Assembly (NCBI GenBank): GCA_963707215.1 | Contig: CAVPPB010000003.1 | Location: forward strand, 1,440,001 to 1,504,000 | DNA: 64,000 nt | Direction: 5' to 3' | Source: an uncultured Chloroflexia bacterium | Lineage (GTDB): Bacteria; Chloroflexota; Limnocylindria; Limnocylindrales; CSP1-4 | Part shown: positions 9,842-19,485 of the stretch, in pieces | Layout of the letters: each line of letters starts with the position of its first letter | How positions within the stretch are numbered: position 1 is the stretch's first letter | Notes under the pieces: generated by a model | The model's input: the letters and a program-made list of their open reading frames with translations, nothing else | Told to the model about the DNA's origin: nothing | Databases searched by the model: none | Translations under genes and position numbers: made by a program

Positions 9842-11287
9842 ATGCGCGTCGTCACGCGATCGCCCTTCGGTCGGCTGGCCGCGGCCGCTGCGCTCACCAT
9901 CGCGCTGGCCGGCTGTGCCGGATCGACCTCCCCAAGCCCGGCTGCCTCACCAGGCGAGGCGGCGCCGTCGCCCTCGCCGGCCGGCGGGCCGATCCCGCTC
10001 ATCGTCGACAATGACATGAGCTTCGACGACGTCATGGCGATCGCCTTCCTGCTGTCCCGGCCCGAGGTCGAGCTCATCGGCATCACGGTCACCGGGACCG
10101 GCATCGCCCACTGCGGCCCGGGTGCCCGCAACGCCCGCGACCTGCTTCACGAACTCGGCGCTCCGGAGGTCCCAACGGCATGCGGATCGGAGGAGCCGCT
10201 GGACGCCGGGCTGCCGTTCCCCGAGCCGTGGAGGGACGGCGCCGACGACATGTTCGGGCTCGGCATCGACGGCCTGCCCGGCACGCCGAAGGCCACCGCG
10301 GTCGAGCTTCTGACCGAGCTGATCGGTGGGTCGGAGCGCCCGGTCACGATCCTGGCGACCGGCCCGTTCACCAATCTCGCCGAAGCCCTCGCGGCCGATC
10401 CCGGCCTGGCCGACGGCATCGAGCGGATCGTCATCATGGGCGGGGCGGTCGACGTGGACGGGAACGCGACCCCGGACGGGAGCCCGGCACCCGCGGAGTG
10501 GAACTTCGCCGCCGACCCGCTGGCCGTCGACGCGGTCTGGAAGGCGGGGATCCCGATGGTCCTCGTCCCGCTCGATGCGACGAACGACGTGCCGATCACC
10601 CGGGCGTTCGTCGACGAGCTGCAGCGCGACACCGCCGCCGGGCCGGCGAACCTCGTCGAGGAGCTCCTCCTGAGGAACGCCTTGTCGATCGACGTCGACT
10701 ACTTCTGGGACGTCCTCGCGGCGATGTGGCTCGTGGAGCCGGGGGTCGTCACCACCGAGGAGACCGCGGTCGCCATCGTCCCCGACGGGGCGGAGGCCGG
10801 TCGATCGGTCCGGTCGGACGACGGGGCCATGGTCACCCTGGCAACGGCCGCCGATCGCCAAGCCTTCGAGTCGACCTTCCTCCAGACACTGCGGTCGGGT
10901 GGCCCGCGGCGCACCCCGTTCGAGCTGAACGGCGAGCTGACGGTCCGGTCCGACGGGACCGACTGCGAGGCTGCAGTGCCGGCGGCGCCGACCGCGGGGA
11001 GCTACACCCTCGAGTTCTCGAACGAGAGCTCGGTCGACATGGCCGCCGTCGCGATCGGCCTGACGGAGGGTTCCACCTGGGACGACCTCGACGCATGGAT
11101 CGCCGACCACCCCGGCTCCATCGACCAGCCCCCGATGGTCGCAGTCAACGGCGTCGTGCTCCCGGCTCCGGGCACCGCCGGATCCGCCCTCGTCGACCTG
11201 GCGCCCGGGGATGCGGCCATCGTCTGCCTCGTCGCGGCGGGAGACCAGCAGGAGGTCATCAGCGGGCCGCGGTTCGTCGTCGAGTAG
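9842..11287 (+). CDS. Lipoprotein nucleoside hydrolase (IU-NH fold) with extra C-terminal domain
   Basis: AAGGAGG RBS; lipobox LAGC; DNDMSFDD, TGPFTN, IMGG, AEWNFAADP, PLDAT, FWD. Confidence 0.85.
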   Translation: MRVVTRSPFGRLAAAAALTIALAGCAGSTSPSPAASPGEAAPSPSPAGGPIPLIVDNDMSFDDVMAIAFLLSRPEVELIGITVTGTGIAHCGPGARNARDLLHELGAPEVPTACGSEEPLDAGLPFPEPWRDGADDMFGLGIDGLPGTPKATAVELLTELIGGSERPVTILATGPFTNLAEALAADPGLADGIERIVIMGGAVDVDGNATPDGSPAPAEWNFAADPLAVDAVWKAGIPMVLVPLDATNDVPITRAFVDELQRDTAAGPANLVEELLLRNALSIDVDYFWDVLAAMWLVEPGVVTTEETAVAIVPDGAEAGRSVRSDDGAMVTLATAADRQAFESTFLQTLRSGGPRRTPFELNGELTVRSDGTDCEAAVPAAPTAGSYTLEFSNESSVDMAAVAIGLTEGSTWDDLDAWIADHPGSIDQPPMVAVNGVVLPAPGTAGSALVDLAPGDAAIVCLVAAGDQQEVISGPRFVVE

Positions 11288-11290
11288 CCC

Positions 11291-12281
11291 TCAGGCGAGC
11301 CGCTCCCACGGCTCCGAGATGTCGTGGTCGGGACCCATGACCGATCCGTAGAGGGCGTTCGCCTCCGTCGAGTAGCCACCGACGAAGGCCACGAGGCAGC
11401 CCATCCGCTGGAGCCGGTGGAGCGCCTCGAGGATGGTGGCCCGGGCCAGACCGCGGCGACGATGGGCGGCGACCGTCGCGACCGGCTCCAGATACGCGGT
11501 CCGTGACACGTCGTCGAACCAGGCCGTGCAGAACGCCGCGATGGACCCGTCGGCAGCCACCGCGACGATGTCGAGATCGCGCCGATAGGTCGGCGCCTGC
11601 TGGATGTGGTGGTACCAGTCGGGGTGGTCGCGGTTCTCGCGGGCCACGGCGATGTCGTCGCCATGGAAGGCCAGCCCGGACGCGTAGCAGCGCTCCAGCA
11701 GCTCGAGCCCGTCGGCCATCGGGCGGACCTCGTAGCCGGGGATGGCCGGGACGTCGGGAAGGGGTTCGCTGAGGTCACGGCGGTGCTGCCACTCGCCAGC
11801 ACCGGGCCGCTCGAGCCGCCGGAAGCCACGCCGCGCCAGGATGTGCCTGACGGCTCGCGTCCCTGGCGTCGACGAAGACCCGCAGCCGGCGTCGTCCGTC
11901 CGGATACGGGATCGCCAGGCGCTCCTCTGCCACCGCGATCATCGCCTCGTCGAGCTCCGGCGATGCGACCGCCGGATCGACCTGCAGGTGCGCCTCGCCG
12001 GCCCCTCGGGGTTGACGCGCCGCGACGAGCTCGCCCGCGGTCGTCTCCCAGAGGAAGACATGGGCGGCGGGATCGAGGTGTTCGAGATCCGGATTGGCGA
12101 ACCACCACCAGTAGTCGAGCCGGGCGACGTGCCAGGACCGCTGGCGCCGGTCGTTGCGGACCATCGTCCGGCGGAGCAGCTCGCGCAGGCGCCAGTAGTC
12201 CTCGTCGCCGGCAAGCGGTCGCATCGCCAGCCCGGCGGGAGCAACGAGCGTCCCCCCGAGCCGGCCCGGATCGGCGGTCAT
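11291..12281 (-). CDS. GNAT family N-acetyltransferase, frameshifted
   Basis: C-terminal LEPVATVAAHRRRGLA...ANALYGS acetyl-CoA motif; N-part in ORF 11775-12281; indels near 12015 and 11840. Confidence 0.75.
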
Positions 12282-12395
12282 GGTCGCAAGGTAGGCGGCA
12301 GTGGTCGGTCGGTGACGGGCCGAACGGCGTGTCCGGCCGGACCTTCCTCCTCCCCTGCCGGCAGCGACCCGACGGATCCGGCGCGATCGTCGGCG

Positions 12396-13400
12396 TCAGC
12401 CGGCCGGCGTCAGCCAGACCGGATACTCGGTGACGTTGATCTCGGAGCCGTCGCGGGCCGAGTACTCGAACGCCCGGAGGGTGCCCCACTGGGGACTCGG
12501 GACGTCGTAGCGGAGCTCGGTGCTCCAGGTGCCCCAGCAGCCCATGCCACAGGTGGCCATGACCGTCGCCTTGGCCAGGACGCGGTCCGCCGCGTCGAGG
12601 AGCTGGACCTGCGAGGTCGCCTCGAACGCGTTGGAGAGCCCGGACACGCGGCCCGGGTTGCCGAGCGCGGCGCCCCACGCGGGCCGATCGATGAACACCA
12701 GCGACAGCTGCTCGGTGTAGTCCTCGCGCCCGACGGGCTGATCCAGGATGACGCCCTCGCCGCTGAAGACGGTGACCGGCTCACCATCGAGCTCGAAGCG
12801 GACGGCGTCGACGGTCGGGAACTGGGTGAGCGTGTAGACGACCTGCGCCAGGCGGGCGAAGACCGAGGCGCTGCCGCCGCCGGATTCGAACTCCCGCGAC
12901 AGGTCGACGGTCGCGATCCGGTCGTCGATCCGGAGGCCCAGGAGCCGGGTCCCGGCCGGGATGGCGCTCGTCAGTGCCGGGTCGGCGGCACGCTCTCGCG
13001 CCGATGGCCCGACGAGGAGCTGCTGCATCGCGGCGGTGCCCACGGCCACGGTCTTCGGCACCTCGCGGAGCACCGGCGCCAGGCCCGGATCGCCGGTCGA
13101 GCTGCCGAGCATGAAGTAGGCGCGGACGATGGTCGTGCCGGCCGGCGACGCGGCCGGGGTCGGCGTAGCGGACGGGGACGGCGAGACCGGCGGGGACGGC
13201 GGTGGGACGTCCGGCTGGGTCGGATCGGGCGACGAAGCCGAGGGCAGGGGCGTCGGCTCGGGCGAGCCGGGCTCGAGCGAGGGGACGTCGGACGGTGGCG
13301 GTGTGGCCGGCGGGCCGAGCGTGCCGCTCGGCGCCGTGCAGGCGGCTAGCAGGACAAGCGTGGAGACGAGGGCGACGAGGAGGCGGGCGGAGCGGGTCAT
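12396..13400 (-). CDS. GerMN-domain lipoprotein with C-terminal Gmad2 Ig-like domain
   Basis: Lipobox LAAC; ATVDLSREF..GGGS, QVVYTLTQFPTV; VSGLSNAFEAT. Confidence 0.9.
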   Translation of the reverse strand: MTRSARLLVALVSTLVLLAACTAPSGTLGPPATPPPSDVPSLEPGSPEPTPLPSASSPDPTQPDVPPPSPPVSPSPSATPTPAASPAGTTIVRAYFMLGSSTGDPGLAPVLREVPKTVAVGTAAMQQLLVGPSARERAADPALTSAIPAGTRLLGLRIDDRIATVDLSREFESGGGSASVFARLAQVVYTLTQFPTVDAVRFELDGEPVTVFSGEGVILDQPVGREDYTEQLSLVFIDRPAWGAALGNPGRVSGLSNAFEATSQVQLLDAADRVLAKATVMATCGMGCWGTWSTELRYDVPSPQWGTLRAFEYSARDGSEINVTEYPVWLTPAG

Positions 13401-14872
13401 GGCTCGGGCCTTGGTGCGGGTTCCGACGCACCGTCAGCCTCGCTCATGGACGTCACCGGCCCATCGCGGGCGGGTAACGATCGCGTATCGCTCACGGGCA
13501 GGTCGAGCACGAAGCGCAGGCCGCCGCCGGGTCTCGCCTCGGCCCGAAGCTCGGCGCCGAGCAGGGCGGCGTGCTCGGCGGCGATGGCCAGGCCCAGCCC
13601 GGAGCTGCCACCGCGGCGGGACGGATCGACCTTGTAGAACCGCTCGAAGAGACGGGGCAGGACGTCGTCAGGGACCCCCCGGCCGCGGTCGGCCACGGTG
13701 ACCTCCGCGCCATCCGGCGTCCTCGTGAGCGCCACCTCGACCGGCGAGCCGGGGGCGTGGGCCCGGGCATTGTCCAGCAGGTTGCCCAGGATCCGGTCGA
13801 GCCGGCGCGGGTCGGACTCCACGATGACCGGGTCCGGCGGGACGATGACCGCCGCCTCCCGCAGCCGGGCGGCCACGACGGCGCCGACGAGCGCGCCCAG
13901 GTCGATGATGGCCGGCTCGGGCCTCTCGGCGTCGGCATCGAACCGCGAGATCTCCATCAGGTCCTCGACCAGCACCCGGAGCCGACGAACGTCGGCAACC
14001 AGCAGCTCGGCCGCCCGACGGGTGTCCGCCGAGAGCTCGTCCATCCCCTGCTCGATCAGCGACGCTTCCGCGACGAGGGCAGCGAGCGGGGTCCGCAGCT
14101 CGTGCGACACGTCGGCGACGAAGCGGCGGTTCTGCCGCTGGGCCTCCTCGAGCTCGCCGATGGTGTGCTCGAGCGAATCGGCCATCCGGTCGAACTCGGC
14201 CGCCAGTCGCCCGAGCTCGTCGGCGCCGCGAACGCCCACCCGCGCCGACAGGTCGCCGGCCGCGATCCGGCTCGCCGCCTCGCCCGCCGCGTGGACCGGT
14301 CGCAGGATGCCCCGGGCGATGGCGCCGGCGGTGAGCAGGGCCAGCACCGCGGCGATCGCGCCGCCGGCCAGAAGCCCGACCCGAAGCTGGCCCAGGGCCG
14401 CGTCGACGACATCGGCCGGGAAGATGAAGTAGAGCGCCGGAGGCGAGGCGCCCTGGCGTCCGCCGACGACGAGGACCGATCGACCGGCGAGCGGCTGCCA
14501 TGAGTATGCGAGCTGGCCTGCGTCCACCGCGTCTCGCATGCTCGGTGGCAGCGCATCGAGGGCGCCGGCGAGCGAGCCCGCCGAGACGTACGGATCGCCG
14601 TCACCGAAGTCCGCCACCGTCTCAACGTCGCCGCGGAGCCGGAATGCCTCGACGAGACCGCTGGACGCGAGGGCTGCGGCGTCGGTCGGCGCCGGCTGCA
14701 CCCCCGGAAGCAGGACCGAGAGGTTGAAGTCCGCCTGCTGGCGGGCCTCTGCGAGGAGCTGGTCGCGCAGCGAGGCCTCGACGAAGACGTAGGTCCCGAC
14801 GCCGATCGCCGCCACCGTCACCACGACCAGGCCGACGAGGGCGACGGCGAGGCGGGTCCGGATGCCGCCCAT
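13397..14872 (-). CDS. HAMP sensor histidine kinase (MtrB/CseC-like)
   Basis: 2 TM, HAMP, FVADVSHELRTPL, NLLDNA, DRGRG, GLGLAI. Confidence 0.95.
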   Translation of the reverse strand: MGGIRTRLAVALVGLVVVTVAAIGVGTYVFVEASLRDQLLAEARQQADFNLSVLLPGVQPAPTDAAALASSGLVEAFRLRGDVETVADFGDGDPYVSAGSLAGALDALPPSMRDAVDAGQLAYSWQPLAGRSVLVVGGRQGASPPALYFIFPADVVDAALGQLRVGLLAGGAIAAVLALLTAGAIARGILRPVHAAGEAASRIAAGDLSARVGVRGADELGRLAAEFDRMADSLEHTIGELEEAQRQNRRFVADVSHELRTPLAALVAEASLIEQGMDELSADTRRAAELLVADVRRLRVLVEDLMEISRFDADAERPEPAIIDLGALVGAVVAARLREAAVIVPPDPVIVESDPRRLDRILGNLLDNARAHAPGSPVEVALTRTPDGAEVTVADRGRGVPDDVLPRLFERFYKVDPSRRGGSSGLGLAIAAEHAALLGAELRAEARPGGGLRFVLDLPVSDTRSLPARDGPVTSMSEADGASEPAPRPEP

Positions 14873-14875
14873 GGC

Positions 14876-15592
14876 CTAGGTCGGCGCCGCGTCGGGCAGG
14901 TCACTCGGTCGGGCGGCCCGGTAGCCCGCACCGCGCACCGTGAGGACCAGCTCAGGATGGCCTGGATCCCGCTCGATCTTGGCCCGCAGCCGGCCGATCG
15001 CGACGTCGACCAGGCGCGAGTCGCCGAGGTAGTCGTAGCCCCAGACGTGGTCGAGCAGGACCTCGCGGGTGAACACGCGGCCGGGGTGGCGAGCCAGCTC
15101 GACCAGCAGGTCGAACTCGGTCCGGGTCAGCGCGATCTCGCTGCCGTCCCGCTCGACCGAGCGACCGGCGGGGTCGATCCGAAGCGGCCCGAGAAGGATC
15201 GCGACGCTCCCCACCTCGCCCGCACTCGGCGCGCGGCGGCGGAGGGCCGCCCGGACCCGGGCGACCAGCTCCGGCATCTCGAAGGGCTTGCGGACGTAGT
15301 CGTCGGCGCCGGCCTCCAGGCCGACGACGACGTCGATCGTGTCGCCCCGCGCGGTGAGCATGACGACCGGGGTCGTTGACTCGCGGCGGATCTCGCGGCA
15401 GACCTCCAGGCCATCGAGCCGGGGCAGCATCACGTCGAGGAGGACCAGGTCCGGGCGTTCAGCCCGCCAGCGTTCGAGCCCCTCGGCCCCGTCGGCGGCC
15501 GTGCCGACGGTGAAGCCGGCGCCTCGCAACCCGATCGCCGTGATCTCGCGGATCGACGGGTCGTCCTCGACGAGCAGGATCCGAGCGTCCAT
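14876..15592 (-). CDS. OmpR-family response regulator (MtrA/CseB-like)
   Basis: LLVEDD, LLDVMLP, GADDYVRKPF, VWGYDYLGDSRLVDV, TVRGAGY. Confidence 0.95.
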   Translation of the reverse strand: MDARILLVEDDPSIREITAIGLRGAGFTVGTAADGAEGLERWRAERPDLVLLDVMLPRLDGLEVCREIRRESTTPVVMLTARGDTIDVVVGLEAGADDYVRKPFEMPELVARVRAALRRRAPSAGEVGSVAILLGPLRIDPAGRSVERDGSEIALTRTEFDLLVELARHPGRVFTREVLLDHVWGYDYLGDSRLVDVAIGRLRAKIERDPGHPELVLTVRGAGYRAARPSDLPDAAPT

Positions 15593-15709
15593 CAGCGACG
15601 AGTATGCGGCGCCGGTCCGTCACCGACGAGGGCCGGACGGCGGAACACGCCACGGCCGGCCTCGGCCGAGCTTCGGCGGACGCCGACCCGCCCGTCGGCC
15701 AGGTTGGCC

Positions 15710-15715
15710 TATACT
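15710..15715 (+). promoter_or_regulatory. Putative -10 element (TATACT) of tRNA gene
   Basis: TATACT 9 nt upstream of the mature tRNA 5' end. Confidence 0.5.
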
Positions 15716-15724
15716 CGGCCGCGC

Positions 15725-15799
15725 GCCGACATAGCTCAGCGGTAGAGCAGCTGTTTCGTAAACAGCAGGTCCTCGGTTCGAATCCGAGTGTCGGCTCCA
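15725..15799 (+). tRNA. tRNA-Thr(CGT)
   Basis: Acceptor stem GCCGACA/TGTCGGC, D-arm AGCTCAGCGGTAGAGC, anticodon loop TTCGTAA, T-loop GGTTCGAATCC, encoded CCA. Confidence 0.97.
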
Positions 15800-15812
15800 A
15801 TGGAACGTGACC

Positions 15813-15842
15813 GAAGACCCGGCCTCATGGCCGGGTCTTCTT
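15813..15842 (+). terminator. Intrinsic terminator after tRNA
   Basis: GAAGACCCGGCC-TCAT-GGCCGGGTCTTC-TT perfect 12-bp hairpin. Confidence 0.75.
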
Positions 15843-15988
15843 GGGCGTTCAAGGAGGGCGACGGGCGTCGGCGACCTGCCGGGCCGCCAGCGAGTCCCTG
15901 GGTCACGAAACCATGATGACCGACGACGTGCCCGCGAGGCGTGGGCCCGCTTACATCCGTCCGCCCGCCGCCGACCGAACATCAGGGC

Positions 15989-16258
15989 ATGGACCTGCTT
16001 CGATCGCTGGGCGGCGCGCGGACCGCCTGTCCACATGTCCCCGACACCTTGCCAGCTCCCTCGGGCAGCAAGTGCGAGGAGTGCGGGAGCGGCTTCAGCC
16101 TGCGTATGTGCACGACCTGTGGCCACGTCGGCTGCTGCGAATCGCAGGCGGGCCACGCTCGGGCCCACGCCCTGACAGATGGGCACCCGGTCATCAGGGC
16201 GATGCCGGTGGAGCGCGGCTTCACCTGGTGCTACGAGGAGAGCGCCTATGTCGATTGA
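15989..16258 (+). CDS. UBP-type zinc finger protein
   Basis: CPH, CEEC, LRMCTTCGHVGCCES, HARAH...HPVIR, WCY. Confidence 0.9.
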   Translation: MDLLRSLGGARTACPHVPDTLPAPSGSKCEECGSGFSLRMCTTCGHVGCCESQAGHARAHALTDGHPVIRAMPVERGFTWCYEESAYVD

Positions 16259-17009
16259 ACCTGTCGCGCTCGCCCGACAACTGGTCGACTCGGTCCGATC
16301 CGGTCGCCTCGACGCCGTGGCCGCGACGGAGCTCGCTGCCCTCGACCCCGAGGCCCTCGCCGCGTCCCTCGCCGACGACACGACCCGCATCGCCTTCTGG
16401 GTCAACGTGTACAACGCCGTGGTCCGCGCGCAGCTCATGGCCGACCCGGCGGCCCTCCGGCGCCGGTGGCGGTTCTTCGCTCGACCGGCCATCGTCGTCG
16501 CCGGCCGCCGCCTGAGCCCGAACGCCATCGAGCACGGGATCCTGCGCCGTTCGGCCTTCCTTCTCGGGCTCGGCCACGTCCACAACCCCTGGGCGTCGCC
16601 CGACGAGCGCCGCTGGCGGGTCGATCGGGTCGATCCGCGGGTGCACTTCGCGCTCAACTGCGGCGCCCGCAGCTGCCCGCCCCTCGCGACCTGGGAGCCA
16701 GCTACCCTCGACGAGGATCTCGAGCGGGCCGCCCGCGCGTATCTGACCAACGAGTGCCAACGGACCGAGGGCGGGCGCGTGCTGGTGGTCCCTCGACTGC
16801 TCCTCTGGTACCGGGGCGACTTTGGTGGATCGACCGGCATCGTGCGCCTGCTGCGCCACCACGGGATCGTGGGGCCGGACGAGCGCCCGTCCCTCCGCTA
16901 CGGGACCTACGACTGGACTCCGGCACTGGACCCGCCGGTCGATCTCCCGGACTCGTCGCAGGGCGATCGCGATCGGCCCGCAACGGCCGATCCGTCGGTC
17001 ACATTCTAG
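16248..17009 (+). CDS. DUF547 domain protein
   Basis: AFWVNVYNA, IEHGILR, DPRVHFALNCGARSCPPL, WYRGDFG, YDW. Confidence 0.9.
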   Translation: MSIEPVALARQLVDSVRSGRLDAVAATELAALDPEALAASLADDTTRIAFWVNVYNAVVRAQLMADPAALRRRWRFFARPAIVVAGRRLSPNAIEHGILRRSAFLLGLGHVHNPWASPDERRWRVDRVDPRVHFALNCGARSCPPLATWEPATLDEDLERAARAYLTNECQRTEGGRVLVVPRLLLWYRGDFGGSTGIVRLLRHHGIVGPDERPSLRYGTYDWTPALDPPVDLPDSSQGDRDRPATADPSVTF

Positions 17010-17165
17010 CCGCGCCCCTCCGGTGGATCCAGGGTCCACCGACTCCCGGGCGACTCGAGACGCCTTCACGACAGTGGGCCCATGAAGGACGCCACGGCCT
17101 CGCTGTCTCCCCCGCGCGGACCGGGGGACCGGGCGACGAGCACCCCGGCTCGGGGCCAGGCCGGG

Positions 17166-17552
17166 TCAGGCCCTGATCACCTCGAGCCCCGGCACATCGA
17201 TCAGGTCGTCGTCTTGAGTGACGAGCGGGACACCCAGCGCGATCGCGGTCGCGGCGATCCACGAATCGTTGACCCCCATCTGCCGGCCGAGGTCGCGGAG
17301 GGCGACCCGAAGGTGGGCCCAGGCGCCGGCCACGGCCTCGTCGATCGGCACGGGTGCGAGGACGAGCACGGCCGTCAAGGTGGCGAGTCGTCGGTCCCGC
17401 GTGGCCAGGTCGGTGGCAGCCAGGACGCCGGCGCGGAGCTCACCGACGGTGATCACCGAGACGGCGAGTCGATCCGGCAGCAGATCCGTCCTCAGCGGCC
17501 GACCGTCCTCCCTGGCGATGAAGATGCTCGTGTCGGCCAGGCCGGCGGTCAC
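17166..17552 (-). CDS. vapC: PIN-domain toxin VapC
   Basis: GLADTSIFIARE, SVITVGEL, VNDSWIAATA, VTQDDD. Confidence 0.9.
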   Translation of the reverse strand: MTAGLADTSIFIAREDGRPLRTDLLPDRLAVSVITVGELRAGVLAATDLATRDRRLATLTAVLVLAPVPIDEAVAGAWAHLRVALRDLGRQMGVNDSWIAATAIALGVPLVTQDDDLIDVPGLEVIRA

Positions 17553-17872
17553 GGGATCGGCTCGTCGTCGGTGGTGCCCGGCGCGAGGTCGAGAAGCTCC
17601 GAGCGCAGGCCCGGATCGGCGCCGGCGCCGAGGATGTGCTTGGCGAAGTCCTCGCGCTCGATCCAGCGCGGTCGCTCGAGCGACGAACCCCCGGGCGGCG
17701 CCCTGAGGTCGCCGTCGGGCGCCGCGATGCGGGACTCGCCCACCCGGTGGCGTGCCGTCACGGCCTCGATGCCGGCCCGGATGAGCCGCGCCTCGCTTCG
17801 GCCCTCGACCTCGGCGGCCCGCGCCAGGGCAGCCTTCTGCTCGCTGGTGAGATAGACCGTCGTCTTCTCCAT
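17549..17872 (-). CDS. vapB: CopG/RHH antitoxin
   Basis: MEKTTVYL...GRSEARLIRAGI RHH; GTGA overlap with vapC. Confidence 0.8.
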   Translation of the reverse strand: MEKTTVYLTSEQKAALARAAEVEGRSEARLIRAGIEAVTARHRVGESRIAAPDGDLRAPPGGSSLERPRWIEREDFAKHILGAGADPGLRSELLDLAPGTTDDEPIP

Positions 17873-18038
17873 GCCACCCATCATGCCATACATGGCTGGC
17901 GCAGTGGCTCGTGGTCGGATGCCCGCGACACCGAGCCGAAGACCGGCGCGCGCCGCCGTATCCTGACGCTCGACGCACGGCCGACCTGCCGGCCGATCGG
18001 CGCAGGATCCCCAAATCCAGCCGGAGGCTGAAGGGACC

Positions 18039-19328
18039 ATGATCCCGCCCATCCTGTTCATCGCGCTGGCGATCCTGGGCTACAGCCTCGTCTCGAAGCG
18101 ACTGGCCTCGACGATCGTCACCGCGCCGATCTTCTTCGCCGGGATCGGGCTGCTGGCGGGTCCCGTGGCGGGAGTCGTCGACGTCGGCACCGACGACACG
18201 CTGCTCGTCCTCCTGCTGGAGGCCGCCCTGGTCATGGTCCTCTTCGCCGACGCGCTCAACCTCGATCTGCGTCGCTGGACGAAGGAGCCGTCGCTGGCGG
18301 GCCGGCTGCTGGGGATCGGCCTGCCCCTGACGATGATCGCCGGAGCGATGGGGGCCGCGGTCGTCTTCCTGGGTCTCGCACCCTGGGAGGCCGCGCTGAT
18401 CGCCGTGATGCTCGCCCCGACGGATGCCGCCCTGGGCCAGGCGGTCGTGGCGAACCCCCGCGTCCCGGCGGTCATCCGCAACGCGCTCAATGTCGAGAGC
18501 GGCCTCAACGACGGCCTGGCTCTCCCGTTCCTGACCATCGCCCTGACCATCGGCCTCGTGGAGCTCGGAGCCGAGACCGAGATCGGCGCCGTCGAGACAC
18601 TCGTCCGGTCGCTCCTCGGCTCGACCGTCATCGGGGTGGGCGCCGGGATCGGCGGAGGCTTGCTCATCCGGGCGGCCGTCGGCCGCGGCTATGCCGCCCG
18701 GCAGACCGCCTCGACGTTCCTGGTGGCGCTCGCCGTGGCGTCGTTCATCGTCGCCGACGATCTCGGGGCCAGCGAATTCCTGGCCGCCTGGACGGCCGGG
18801 CTCGCGACCGGGTCGCTCATCCGGGGCCACTTCGGCGAGGACACCTTCCGGATCCCGGAGCAGCTCGCCGACGTCCTGGCCGCGATCGGCTTCCTCCTGC
18901 TGGGGGCGGCCCTGCTGGGACCGGTGCTCGCGGCCGCGACCCCACTGACGATCGCCTACGCCCTCCTCAGCTTGACGGTCATCCGGATGGTCCCGGTCGC
19001 CGTGGCGATGCTCCGGACCGGCTTCGCCCGACCGACGGTCCTGTACGTCGGCTGGTTCGGGCCGCGAGGGCTCGCCTCCATCGTCTTCGCCGGGGTGGTC
19101 GTCGAGGAGGCCATCCCGTCGGCCGAGGCGATCATCCAGGTCGTGCTGCTGACCGTGGCCCTCAGCCTCGTCCTCCACGGTGTGACGGCCGCCTGGGGCG
19201 CGCGCCGCTACGCGGCCTGGTTCGAGCGTGCCGCTGCGGCCGACCCGTCCATCCCTGAGGCTGCCGAGCTCCCGGAGCGTGGGCTGCGGGCCCGATCGGC
19301 GCCGACGCGCGGCGCCCACGGGGAGTAG
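18039..19328 (+). CDS. Cation:proton antiporter, CPA1/NhaP-like
   Basis: About 12 TM; LAPTDAALG, ESGLNDG, WFGPRGLASI. Confidence 0.9.
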   Translation: MIPPILFIALAILGYSLVSKRLASTIVTAPIFFAGIGLLAGPVAGVVDVGTDDTLLVLLLEAALVMVLFADALNLDLRRWTKEPSLAGRLLGIGLPLTMIAGAMGAAVVFLGLAPWEAALIAVMLAPTDAALGQAVVANPRVPAVIRNALNVESGLNDGLALPFLTIALTIGLVELGAETEIGAVETLVRSLLGSTVIGVGAGIGGGLLIRAAVGRGYAARQTASTFLVALAVASFIVADDLGASEFLAAWTAGLATGSLIRGHFGEDTFRIPEQLADVLAAIGFLLLGAALLGPVLAAATPLTIAYALLSLTVIRMVPVAVAMLRTGFARPTVLYVGWFGPRGLASIVFAGVVVEEAIPSAEAIIQVVLLTVALSLVLHGVTAAWGARRYAAWFERAAAADPSIPEAAELPERGLRARSAPTRGAHGE

Positions 19329-19485
19329 TCAGGACACGGCAGGCGGAGGGTCGGTCCGGGTGGCCCATGACGGGCGGAGTCCGCCGCGCGACCGTCGGTG
19401 TGCCACGATGGCGGCGGCAATGCTTGTGTAGCGCTCGCTCGCGCCCGGGCGCGATGCCGAGCCGACAGGATGGAGGATCCGCGAC

